Virus record (IMG/VR): IMGVR_UViG_3300030099_007533
Span: 1-64,000 of that record
Length of the DNA: 64,000 nt
DNA from: a virus
Direction: 5' to 3' (one strand)
Below, one piece after another: positions 1 to 8,704 of the stretch (within the stretch, counting starts at the first letter, position 1; each line of letters starts with the position of its first letter). The notes under the pieces are model-generated. The model did not search any database. It was not told the DNA's origin and saw only the letters and a program-made list of their open reading frames with translations. The position numbers and the translations under genes are program-made.

Positions 1-494
1 CTGGAGGTTCCCTTAAAATAGGAGTGGATGAGAGCCTTTACTGCATCAGCCCAGCCTTCGATTGAGTCTGAGATTAAGAAGCGTCTTGTTCTTTTAGTAT
101 TCGGTTTTCTAATTTCTGGTAGTTTTTCAACGTGGTGCTGCTGAACGGAGAACCCAACACCAGTTCCACCCAATAACAAAAACATACATTCGGAAAAAGC
201 ATCAGCATGATCAATTGGCATATAAGCACAATTATATACGCGGTTTGGAGCAACTTCAATTGGTTTGCCAGCGAACTGCATTGAGCGCATAGACGGCAAA
301 ACCTTCTTTGGTATAACATAGTTGTTATACAGTTTCTTAATTTCTTTCTTCAACTCTGGGTACTTCTTAATATGCATGTTCATATTACGAGTACAAAGTT
401 CTACCCAATTTTCCCTACGTTCTTTTTTAGGAACGTACTTGGCGTACTTCATATGTACGGTGATGTCTGATAAAATTTCTGATGCTATTTCCAT
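1..494 (-). CDS. nrdJ: Class II (adenosylcobalamin-dependent) ribonucleotide reductase, N-terminal part, runs off the window
   Basis: Absent from the ORF track; translated by hand from the ATG at 494, which overlaps the helicase stop (TAATG): MEIASEILSDITVHMKYAKYVPKKERRENWVELCTRN...KKVLPSMRSMQFAGKPIEVAPNRVYNCAYMPID...FLLLGGTGVGFSV...SDSIEGWADAVKAL. The PSMR, NC, GxGVGFSV and DSxEGW motifs match monomeric class II RNRs. Confidence 0.9.
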   Translation of the reverse strand, partial: MEIASEILSDITVHMKYAKYVPKKERRENWVELCTRNMNMHIKKYPELKKEIKKLYNNYVIPKKVLPSMRSMQFAGKPIEVAPNRVYNCAYMPIDHADAFSECMFLLLGGTGVGFSVQQHHVEKLPEIRKPNTKRTRRFLISDSIEGWADAVKALIHSYFKGTS

Positions 495-1870
495 TATTTG
501 TCTCCTTTTAGTTCGCGTTGCAATTCTTTATATTTTTCTCTTAACATATCTTTTTGTTCTTTCGCAGCATTTTTACTAACAGCCGCTGGATCGACTGAAT
601 TCTTTTCTACTTTAATTTTTACATTGCTTGTATCCATATGAATCGGATAAATCAAGCCATCGGGACCGAATCGATTTTTAGCCACAAAGAACCTGCCAGT
701 GTTATTATTTTTATCCTCGGTGGTACGGGATAGAGTAAATATGAAGTCGGCAACAAAACACTTGGAAAAAGCTTCAGAAATTGACTCCATCGTCACAAGT
801 TCTGCGTTATACCCTGTTCTATTCGTTTGAGAGACCGTCCAAATCGGACAATGATTTTCTTGTGCAATGCCACGAAGTTCTTCATAAATTGATTCTAAGT
901 CGTGTCTTTTTTCGCCATAACTTTTCTTTGGGCTAATCAAATCTGCATAATCAACAATAATAATGTCAGGTTCAATTCCTCGCATCTTCAATTTTGATAA
1001 ATGGTTTTTGATTGCCGTGGTTGTAATTGACTTTGTTGGATACTCTTTTACAATTAAAGTTCCCTTAATATCTTTAATCTTTTCTAAGATGTTGTCCTTG
1101 AACACATTTAGATCTTTTAGTTTTACGCCTGTAATACACGAATCATATCTGCGTGCAACCACCGTTTCTGAAAGCTCTAATGTGTAATGTACAACCGTCT
1201 TATCTTCTTTTAGTGCTTGACATCCTAAGTGAGCAAGGATATGACTTTTACCAGCGCCAGTGCCTGCCATCGCAACACCGAGTTCACCTGCTCCAAGACC
1301 ACCTTGCATCAAGTCATCAAAGGTTTTCCAACCTGTTGTCAACGGACTGCGTACTTTAATCTCAAAACGCTTCTCAAAGTCTTTAAGATAATGATAGCCA
1401 AAATCATTTGATTGCCCCAACTTAAGTGCTTCATTGATAAGATCACTAATTTCATCAAATGAAGATTTTTCCAAAAGACGAACTGACTTAACAATTGCTT
1501 CTTTTAATTTTTGTTTTTTACAGAAGTCCAAGGCAGTATCTTTAATGTACTGCTCTCCTTGAACAACTGGGTCTGAGTGAATACGAATAAGAAAATCACG
1601 AACTTGTTTAATAACTAAGTCGTCTTCCTTCTCCATCTCCGTATTGATTAGAGAAGCCATAAGGTTCATTGACGGATGAACCTCATACTTTTCTTTATAT
1701 TGATATATTAAATTTGAAAATTTTTGTAGGTATTTTGTCTCAAAGTACTCAGTGATGAGAACCTCGCCAATCTGGTCAGAATATGCTCTATCCATAAGGA
1801 TGAGCTTGGCGAGGTTCTCTTGGAACATATTACCGAATTTTGAGAAATCAACCTTCTCGCTTGTACGCAT
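494..1870 (-). CDS. Replicative SF4 DNA helicase (DnaB/T4 gp41-like)
   Basis: Walker A AGTGAGKS, HYTLELSE, Walker B IIVDYADL, WTVSQTNR and KNRFG motifs; 458 aa. Confidence 0.93.
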   Translation of the reverse strand: MRTSEKVDFSKFGNMFQENLAKLILMDRAYSDQIGEVLITEYFETKYLQKFSNLIYQYKEKYEVHPSMNLMASLINTEMEKEDDLVIKQVRDFLIRIHSDPVVQGEQYIKDTALDFCKKQKLKEAIVKSVRLLEKSSFDEISDLINEALKLGQSNDFGYHYLKDFEKRFEIKVRSPLTTGWKTFDDLMQGGLGAGELGVAMAGTGAGKSHILAHLGCQALKEDKTVVHYTLELSETVVARRYDSCITGVKLKDLNVFKDNILEKIKDIKGTLIVKEYPTKSITTTAIKNHLSKLKMRGIEPDIIIVDYADLISPKKSYGEKRHDLESIYEELRGIAQENHCPIWTVSQTNRTGYNAELVTMESISEAFSKCFVADFIFTLSRTTEDKNNNTGRFFVAKNRFGPDGLIYPIHMDTSNVKIKVEKNSVDPAAVSKNAAKEQKDMLREKYKELQRELKGDK

Positions 1871-1894
1871 AGTTTACCTTTTGTTGGGTCTACC

Positions 1895-1923
1895 ATCATA
1901 ACAAGATTGGCTGTGATTGTCAA
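1895..1923 (-). promoter_or_regulatory. Sigma70-type promoter for the helicase-RNR unit
   Basis: Minus strand reads TTGACA, 17 nt, TATGAT, with an extended -10 TG; the -10 ends about 25 nt upstream of the helicase ATG. Confidence 0.8.
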
Positions 1924-1929
1924 GCGAAA

Positions 1930-2322
1930 CTATTCTGCGGGAAGCATCAGATCAGGATTTTCTTCTTTTAGTCCAGACATTTCAATGTAATCGCCTTTTA
2001 TGTGCTTCATTACATTTTTCATATCTTTTAACTTTTCCTCTAAATCCATTGGGACTTCCATATTCTTATCTCTGAGTTTTTCTTTGACTTTCTTTAAGTC
2101 GGCTGCGCCGCCTTCTTCATCAAGAATAGTTTTAACTTCCTCTTCTAAGGATGGCTTTTTTTCCTCTTCCTCAAGCTTTCCTGTTGCTTTTTTGATTGCT
2201 TTATCTCGGGAACCTAAGTATTCTTCGGTGGATGTTTCAATTTTTCCATCACCATCATAATCCTTTTTTGCCATTTTCGCCTCAAAAAGATTACCGTATA
2301 CCATTTCTTTAAAGTTTTTCAT
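1930..2322 (-). CDS. Small charged protein with DYDGDGKIE loop; possible internal head protein
   Basis: 130 aa; GGAGG SD; ACTATTTA motif upstream; N-terminus MKNFKEMVYGNLFE resembles a capsid-targeting leader. Confidence 0.55.
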   Translation of the reverse strand: MKNFKEMVYGNLFEAKMAKKDYDGDGKIETSTEEYLGSRDKAIKKATGKLEEEEKKPSLEEEVKTILDEEGGAADLKKVKEKLRDKNMEVPMDLEEKLKDMKNVMKHIKGDYIEMSGLKEENPDLMLPAE

Positions 2323-2339
2323 CTTAAAACCTCCGAATA

Positions 2340-2347
2340 TAAATAGT
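2340..2347 (-). promoter_or_regulatory. ACTATTTA motif (candidate phage late promoter)
   Basis: Exact copy of the recurrent motif, 17 nt upstream of the ATG at 2322. Confidence 0.6.
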
Positions 2348-3298
2348 CTAAGTTTTTGCTATTCTATTAGAACTTGCAAAAAGGTCTGTCCACCTGATTT
2401 CTGGAAAGCCATCCTGAAACATCATCTTAACAATTTCTGTTTTATTATAATACTTTGGATAGTTTTCCACTGAGTTCTTAACCATATCTCTTACTTGAAA
2501 AGAGACATTTGGAATATACAACTGCATAATTTTATAATTCTTTAAGATCTTGTCGTAGTTGTCAAGAATACCCTCGTGAATTTTTAATTTATTCTCTGTT
2601 GCTTCGCACACATCTGATAAATCAGTTAAACTATAATCTTTTTCTTCTACTAAGAAAGGAAAACGCTTGGCTAAAGTTTTTAGTCCTGCACCTTTGACAC
2701 CTTCTAAGTTGTCGCTTTTATCACCACTAACCGCTCTTGCTAGGGCAAAATTGTTTGGATGAATTTTAAACTCTTCCAGTATGTCGTTCCTTGTTTTAAA
2801 AACGGCTTGTACTGGTCGGTAAATAATTGTTTCGTCATCCAACAACTGATAAAAATCTTTATCGCTTGAAACAATTATCTTTTGTCCTTCTATCTGACGG
2901 CATAAAATTGAAATCATATCATCAGCTTCCACGCCATCGTGGATTAGTTGGACCATTGGCAAGTTGTCAATATACTCTAACAACCTCAACATTTGTTCTA
3001 TCTTGCTTTTGTTTTCTTCTTCAAGAGACATACTAACACCATCAGACCTGTTTAGCCTAATTGCCTTTCGCCCTTCTTTGTAAGAGGACACCACTGATCT
3101 GCGACGGGCAGAGCCTCCTGCACCGTCCCAACAAATGTAAACCTTGTCTGGCTTCATTTCTCTGGTAAGTTTCTGAAGTGTTTTAAGAAAGCCAACCAAT
3201 CCACCAACAGGCTCTCCGCTGGTTGACAAAGATGGATTTACAACATAAGCACGATAAAATATATTTGTGCCGTCAATGATTAGAGACCTCTCAGTCAT
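2348..3298 (-). CDS. 5'-3' exonuclease / flap endonuclease (T4 RNase H, Pol I N-terminal type)
   Basis: IIDGTN, ICWDG, YKEGR, EADD, SSDKDFYQL and GDKSDNLEGVKGAG motifs. Likely start is MTERSLIIDG at 3298; the ORF track extends to 3346. Confidence 0.92.
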   Translation of the reverse strand: MTERSLIIDGTNIFYRAYVVNPSLSTSGEPVGGLVGFLKTLQKLTREMKPDKVYICWDGAGGSARRRSVVSSYKEGRKAIRLNRSDGVSMSLEEENKSKIEQMLRLLEYIDNLPMVQLIHDGVEADDMISILCRQIEGQKIIVSSDKDFYQLLDDETIIYRPVQAVFKTRNDILEEFKIHPNNFALARAVSGDKSDNLEGVKGAGLKTLAKRFPFLVEEKDYSLTDLSDVCEATENKLKIHEGILDNYDKILKNYKIMQLYIPNVSFQVRDMVKNSVENYPKYYNKTEIVKMMFQDGFPEIRWTDLFASSNRIAKT

Positions 3299-4400
3299 TT
3301 TCACCATCCTCGTAGAAGTCGCTGGACTTACCAATCCTCTTGTCAAACTTCATAACCACTTCTTCTTCCAACAACTTAATAACTCTGTTGTAGAACTTTT
3401 CGTCATTAAGCTTGTCCATCCACTGCTTTGTCTGGAACTTATCTGTCTTGCCATCTTCGTAGTGCAAGGTAAACCAAGCACCCGCGTTTGTTAGACTATC
3501 TGAGGACTTGATTGCTTCAAGCCAGCTTTCCTTATCCATAATCTTAACTTCTTCGCCAGCCCACAAAATCTTAAAGTTGCATTGGCGACCTTGGGTTCCA
3601 AAGCGCGACTTCTCAATCTTAGCCTTAACCTCCGTACCAATTCTAAATCCCTTGTCATCAAAGATGAAAGATGACTTGCCTTTGCGTGCAGTCAACCAAA
3701 TTCTCAATGAATATGAATATGCAAGTGCTTTACCGCCCGGTGTAAAGTAGGGAGTTGTAAGAGCCTCTGCTGTGTTTCTTGTAATATTAGTCTTTAACTG
3801 ATTAAGAATTAATAGAGTTGACTTTGTATTAGCAATTGGCTGAATTAGTTTTGACAAGCCCTTAGAAAGAATACGAGGTTTAACTGCCATCGTAGACAAA
3901 GGGTTGAAGTCTGATTCAATGTCTGATACTGATGGTGTCAACGCCATACTATCCCAGATAAAAAGCATCTGACTGTCGTTGTTGCCAAGCAAACTTTCAA
4001 TAGTTTCCAGCACAAACTCAACTGAGTTTGCCTGAACATAAAGCAGCTTTTCAACATCGCATCCCGCCATTGCCAAAAAGTTTGGGTCAATAGAATTTTC
4101 TGAATCAAAGTAGATGACATCAATGCCCATCTTCTGTGCATTGCCTGCAATCTGTGCAGCCATATAAGATTTACCGGTTGCTTCTAAACCAGCGATCTCA
4201 CTAACTTTGCCAACGGGAATACCACCCCAATCTCCACGTTTAATAATACCATCAAGCCATTTACAACCAGTTGGAATAAATTGTAAAACTTGTGTTGGGT
4301 TGTCGTCAGACAAAGAAAAGGCGACATCAGTACCCGCCTTTTTATTAATTAATTTCTTCATATCGGCAATAGAAAGCTTGCCTGTTTTTGTTTTTGCCAT
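3291..4400 (-). CDS. uvsX: RecA/UvsX-like recombinase
   Basis: IPTGC..LD, Walker A GLEATGKS, Walker B FIWDS, ILNQLK, TPGGKAL and KSRFG motifs. Confidence 0.92.
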   Translation of the reverse strand: MAKTKTGKLSIADMKKLINKKAGTDVAFSLSDDNPTQVLQFIPTGCKWLDGIIKRGDWGGIPVGKVSEIAGLEATGKSYMAAQIAGNAQKMGIDVIYFDSENSIDPNFLAMAGCDVEKLLYVQANSVEFVLETIESLLGNNDSQMLFIWDSMALTPSVSDIESDFNPLSTMAVKPRILSKGLSKLIQPIANTKSTLLILNQLKTNITRNTAEALTTPYFTPGGKALAYSYSLRIWLTARKGKSSFIFDDKGFRIGTEVKAKIEKSRFGTQGRQCNFKILWAGEEVKIMDKESWLEAIKSSDSLTNAGAWFTLHYEDGKTDKFQTKQWMDKLNDEKFYNRVIKLLEEEVVMKFDKRIGKSSDFYEDGEND

Positions 4401-4411
4401 TTTGTCTCCAT

Positions 4412-4444
4412 AAAAGAAGGCGAGGGGGATTTTTCCCCCTCGCC
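4412..4444 (-). terminator. Rho-independent terminator after the SSB gene
   Basis: 11-bp stem GGCGAGGGGGA/TCCCCCTCGCC (4419-4444), 4-nt loop, followed on the minus strand by TTCTTTT. Confidence 0.8.
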
Positions 4445-4459
4445 CATTATAACACTTAT

Positions 4460-5200
4460 TTAAGCAGAAAGCAAGGACTTAAATGCTTGGTCTGCTGCAT
4501 CGTCAGTGGTCTTAGCATACTGAACTGTACCAGCACTATCATCAGTATCGCCTGACAAGTGCTGCTCCAACATCTGCTGAACCTCATCAGTTGTCTTCTT
4601 AGAAAAGACATTATCATACTGAATCTCAGTCTCAGCCAACTCTTTTGCCAGTCCCTTATCCTTATGCAATGGGGAAGTGCGACGGGCTGGGAAAATGTCA
4701 GTGCTTGGGAACATCTGACCAGCCTTCTTACCATAATTAATAGTAAGGTCTGTGCCTTCCTGTAGGTCAGTAATATCGCCATACTCTGGGTTTAGAACCA
4801 ACTGAAGAAGCTTTTGGTATACAGTCTTGGAATAACCCCAAAGACGAACACCCTTTTCCTCTTCACCACGAACAATTACAGGGGAAAAGAAGCGCTGCTT
4901 TGCCATAAGCTTCTTTGCTTCCTCGCGGCTTTCCTCTGTGCCATCATTGAACAACTTGCGAACATATGCGTCAAGCACATCGTCCTCTCCAAAATTCTTC
5001 TTTGGTGAAAGAAAACCGGGGTTGTTTGCTACATTGTAGTGAAACCAGTACTCCTTGAAGGGATCTCCATCTGGATCTGGAACAATACGAATTACGGACT
5101 CGCCATCTTGTGGCTTCCAAAATAGATTCTTGTTAGAACCTCCACCCTTGTTCTCAGTAGAAGCGAGCTTTGCTCGCATTTTTTTCAAATCAATAGCCAT
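4460..5200 (-). CDS. Single-stranded DNA-binding protein (T4 gp32-like)
   Basis: FWKP..GE..IRIVP, EYWFHY and YGDITD..EGTDL motifs; acidic C-terminal tail ending DQAFKSLLSA; AAGGAG SD. Confidence 0.85.
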   Translation of the reverse strand: MAIDLKKMRAKLASTENKGGGSNKNLFWKPQDGESVIRIVPDPDGDPFKEYWFHYNVANNPGFLSPKKNFGEDDVLDAYVRKLFNDGTEESREEAKKLMAKQRFFSPVIVRGEEEKGVRLWGYSKTVYQKLLQLVLNPEYGDITDLQEGTDLTINYGKKAGQMFPSTDIFPARRTSPLHKDKGLAKELAETEIQYDNVFSKKTTDEVQQMLEQHLSGDTDDSAGTVQYAKTTDDAADQAFKSLLSA

Positions 5201-5215
5201 GTTATTTACTCCTTG

Positions 5216-6061
5216 TTATAAGGCAGGTGATTTCCCTGCCTCGCTTTGTATATGATTAGTATAGTACATTATGTACACTTTGTCAACAGAATATCCCGAT
5301 GGGAAAAAGCCGTAAGATACTTGCTGAAATTCATTTTCTTCCGCCTTCTTTAACTTGCGAGATACTAAATCCAAAACATTGCCTGTCTCTGCTAATGTTT
5401 CTTCGCTAAAAGTAAAGTAAAAGTGTTTCTCTCTTACTCCTTCCAGTTCATAAAACTTTTGTTCTGCCTCATCATTAAGACTATACAGCCCAAAAGTTGC
5501 GATCCTATTCTGCTCCTCTGGCTCTTCTAAGTTCCCCATCAACGCAGATGCCTGACCATAATACTCCATTAGACACCACATGTCAACAATTTTCTCGTTT
5601 ACCTTCTGAAAATAGTTGCCAATAGATATATCAGACGCCAAGTTAGAGATACTTTTATTGGAGATCAGCCACATTTTGTTGAACAACCCTGACCGTGCAA
5701 ATTCTTGTAAGATATTCCTTACAACTCGCTCTCTTGTCTTGCCATTGTTATTCATAAACGAAGTGTCAGGCTGAATATAAAGAAAATCAATCTGTTTATC
5801 CTTGAAGTTCTCCAATATTCTAAGACAAGCGCCTGTTATAAGTCCAGATCCTGCCATAACACAGAGGATCTGATCCGATTTAACATTGTTTTTAAGTTTA
5901 TCAAGATCAATTTCAACCTTTTCTGCTTCTTCAATCGTCTTTACTTTAGGGAACTTTACATAAGCGTCAGTGTGTGTATCAATAGAGTATGCTTTATAAC
6001 CCTTTTCCTCAAACAACTTACATATTTCACGCCCAGCGTTTCCAATACCAATTACATCCAT
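5216..6061 (-). CDS. Divergent tubulin/FtsZ-like GTPase-fold protein
   Basis: N-terminal VIGIGNAG (T1 loop), YSIDT (T2), VMAGSGLITGA (degenerate GGGTGSG signature loop), LYIQP and LISN (T6); 281 aa. Confidence 0.7.
   Translation of the reverse strand: MDVIGIGNAGREICKLFEEKGYKAYSIDTHTDAYVKFPKVKTIEEAEKVEIDLDKLKNNVKSDQILCVMAGSGLITGACLRILENFKDKQIDFLYIQPDTSFMNNNGKTRERVVRNILQEFARSGLFNKMWLISNKSISNLASDISIGNYFQKVNEKIVDMWCLMEYYGQASALMGNLEEPEEQNRIATFGLYSLNDEAEQKFYELEGVREKHFYFTFSEETLAETGNVLDLVSRKLKKAEENEFQQVSYGFFPSGYSVDKVYIMYYTNHIQSEAGKSPAL
5221..5241 (-). promoter_or_regulatory. Hairpin just upstream of the SSB ribosome-binding site
   Basis: 7-bp stem AGGCAGG/CCTGCCT with a 7-nt loop and no U-tract; overlaps the last codons of the tubulin-like gene. 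Confidence 0.4.
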
Positions 6062-7239
6062 TCTGTGCTTAGATCTCCCAATGTTCTTCCAACCTGAATA
6101 TTTAGTTTCATTTCACCATATCTTGTCTGCTTAAATGTATCCCTGATCTGATTAAGCAATTTATAATCTTTCCTATCAAAATCTAAGATCATACTGTCGT
6201 GGATAAGCATAGAAACATAAGATTTACTATTATTGTCTTGCAAAATCTTAAATACTTTATAAGCCTGCTCCAAAAACAAATCAGACGCAGTGCTTTGGAT
6301 TAGATAATTAAGTGCGTGATAATCATCTGCCTCAATTTCTCTATCAAAATCAGTTGTAATTTTACCATCAGAAAAATATTTTTTCAGCAAACCATCCCTA
6401 TCATACTCGCGAGATAAAAGAGCGTCATCAGAATTTGGATTGTAAAGCCACGCAAATATTCTCTTTTTCGCCTCAGATCGCTCTGTGCCGTCCTTAAATA
6501 TATTCTTGATGTTCCAGTCGTGGATGTCGCCTTTCGGCTGCTCACGACCAAGCAGAGCCGTTAAAACACGCAATTCAAAAGCATTGTAATCAAACTCAAT
6601 GAAAACGCCATTGTTTGGTTTGATCATTGTGCGATATTCTTTGTTTAGGGTAAGCAGGGGAAACGAAGAGGGGGTAGTAGATAACCGCCCCGTCACAGTC
6701 CCGAAGGTGTTGTACTGGATAAAGGCAGGGCTGGATGAATATCTCTTAATAATCTTCCTGATACGGTTATCATTTGCTGCTGTATACACATTTGTAAGAT
6801 CCAAGTTTAACGAACGCTTTGAGATTGAATGAACCATACGCTCAATTTTTTCCAACTGAGCATAGTTTTTTGGTTCTTGATAATTCTTTACCGCAAGTTC
6901 CATAGCTTTATTTTTTAAGTTAAAGAAATCTTCAATAAAAGTTTTTTCAATCAATTCGTCCAAACAAAACTTGCGAGGGTCATACCCGCACACGCTATAT
7001 GATTTAAGTGTGTTCTTGATTTTGTTTTCCAGCATCTTGTATTCTTCTGCATCGTGCTTTGGAAGCAGCTTAACATAATCTTCACCACCACAAAACAACT
7101 TAACAAACTTCACATCTGGTGGTAAGTCATCTTGATATGTCCAAGTATATTTCATTGTATCCTCGTAATCAGAGAATACTTTATCGTCTGCAAAGATGCT
7201 TTTGCAATTATTTTTTGTATCAATTTTTGAGAAAAACAT
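6052..7239 (-). CDS. Minimal family A DNA polymerase (polymerase domain, no recognisable exonuclease domains)
   Basis: TVTGRLS, motif A EFDYNAFELRVL, motif B RSEAKKRIFAWLY, LNYLIQSTASD and motif C LIHDSMILD; only 395 aa. Confidence 0.88.
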   Translation of the reverse strand: MFFSKIDTKNNCKSIFADDKVFSDYEDTMKYTWTYQDDLPPDVKFVKLFCGGEDYVKLLPKHDAEEYKMLENKIKNTLKSYSVCGYDPRKFCLDELIEKTFIEDFFNLKNKAMELAVKNYQEPKNYAQLEKIERMVHSISKRSLNLDLTNVYTAANDNRIRKIIKRYSSSPAFIQYNTFGTVTGRLSTTPSSFPLLTLNKEYRTMIKPNNGVFIEFDYNAFELRVLTALLGREQPKGDIHDWNIKNIFKDGTERSEAKKRIFAWLYNPNSDDALLSREYDRDGLLKKYFSDGKITTDFDREIEADDYHALNYLIQSTASDLFLEQAYKVFKILQDNNSKSYVSMLIHDSMILDFDRKDYKLLNQIRDTFKQTRYGEMKLNIQVGRTLGDLSTEWM

Positions 7240-7246
7240 TTAGTCC

Positions 7247-8692
7247 TTAAGAAAAGTCTGTGGTTTGATCGGTTGGATTAACAGAAAATAACAATCCTTC
7301 CTCGTCTTCTTGTACTAATGTAGCAGATTCTTCGGTCCCTGTCAAGAGTTTTCTAACTCCCCTGTTCCAAAAAAATACTAATTCTCTCTTGTCTGTGTTG
7401 TTCTTAGATCCTTGATTTCTCAGAAACAACTCTAAATAATTTATTGCTTGTCCAGAAATTGCTAATCGCTCTGCAAAGGAAGCTTTATTTTTAAAAATTA
7501 TAGAGTTTGATACATCTATTAGGGACAACACATTTTTAGCTATGGTATCCAAAGCCGTGCTTTTTAAATTAAAATTGTTTTCTTTTGCCCTTATTTTAAT
7601 ATAATATTTTATTCTATCTTTGTTTAACAACAACTGAGGTTCTTGTCTTTTAATCTTTGACGTTTGAAATTTCTTTTTATAGAGTTGACTAATATTAGCT
7701 GATGCAGCATAGTCAATATAAGTTGGATATTTGTTTGTAAACCTTTTGTAAGCTGACGACAGAAAAACAAACAATTCAGTTATTACCTTATCAGAACTCA
7801 GAAAAAAGTTTTGCTTTACAAAATATTCATCTAAAATCATTGTTGGCAACTCTGATAAGTCTTTTTCTTTAAAATAATTTTTTACATATAGTTCCAATAA
7901 TTTTTCTGATTGTATGTCTGCTATCAGAGTATTTGGATTATTTGGGTCTATTCTTAATCCATTAACCTTTGCCACATAATTTAAAACAGGAAATCTAACA
8001 TCATTTAAAATTGTCTGCTTATCTATCTCACTTTCTACTTTAAAAAAATCAAATGCCAAACCTGTATTGTAAATGCTATAATTCGCGGCTTCGTAGTAGC
8101 CAGCTTTACTAATTGCAACGTTTTTTCCAATGAACCAAGAGTAGAACAAATTTAAAAAGTCGTCAAAATTTTTCACCTTATTGGTGTTTTTTATTTCATT
8201 AAGTACGTCATTAAAAAATTCAATATAGACTTCTTCAACGTGCGCAGAATACGACTTTATTGGCTGATAAGCTTTTACTATTCTTAAATTATTTAAGGAG
8301 CTTTTTGGATGTCCCGGTCGCTGATTGTTAAATTGGTCGAAAAAATTTTCTGCGGCATCAGCAGCAAAATCCAATAGCTGAAAATCGCCTTGAAGCTGTT
8401 TTAATTTTTCAGGTCCGAAAAAGGGTGCAATGAGTCTATGCTGATAATCGTATTTTAAATAATTTTTTTCTTTGTACCAAGTGTCCAGTTGATTGTTTAA
8501 ATTTTGCCCAGCAGAATTTTTCTCACCAATCGGCAAATTGTTGTCATTTATTTGCTCTTTGTAAGATTTCCTTGCTTTATAAATTTCCGCTGTATTGCTT
8601 TGATTTGAAACATCATCAAAGGTAACAAGAGTGCTTTCTTTATCTTGTATTTCTTTCTTAACTTTAAATAATTCTTGAATATTAATCTTCAA
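7247..8692 (-). CDS. Hypothetical protein at the end of the tail/baseplate module
   Basis: 481-aa ORF, TTG start with GAGGTG SD; no motif recognised. Confidence 0.55.
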   Translation of the reverse strand: MKINIQELFKVKKEIQDKESTLVTFDDVSNQSNTAEIYKARKSYKEQINDNNLPIGEKNSAGQNLNNQLDTWYKEKNYLKYDYQHRLIAPFFGPEKLKQLQGDFQLLDFAADAAENFFDQFNNQRPGHPKSSLNNLRIVKAYQPIKSYSAHVEEVYIEFFNDVLNEIKNTNKVKNFDDFLNLFYSWFIGKNVAISKAGYYEAANYSIYNTGLAFDFFKVESEIDKQTILNDVRFPVLNYVAKVNGLRIDPNNPNTLIADIQSEKLLELYVKNYFKEKDLSELPTMILDEYFVKQNFFLSSDKVITELFVFLSSAYKRFTNKYPTYIDYAASANISQLYKKKFQTSKIKRQEPQLLLNKDRIKYYIKIRAKENNFNLKSTALDTIAKNVLSLIDVSNSIIFKNKASFAERLAISGQAINYLELFLRNQGSKNNTDKRELVFFWNRGVRKLLTGTEESATLVQEDEEGLLFSVNPTDQTTDFS

Positions 8693-8704
8693 CTTATCAC
8701 CCTC

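Noticed and set aside
74-319. 81-aa minus-strand ORF from the track
   Set aside because: Out-of-frame overlap with the class II RNR reading frame at 1-494.
5216-6061. Reading the tubulin-like gene as evidence for a phage nucleus
   Set aside because: No chimallin or multisubunit RNA polymerase gene is recognisable here, and the structural genes are T4-like, not phiKZ-like.
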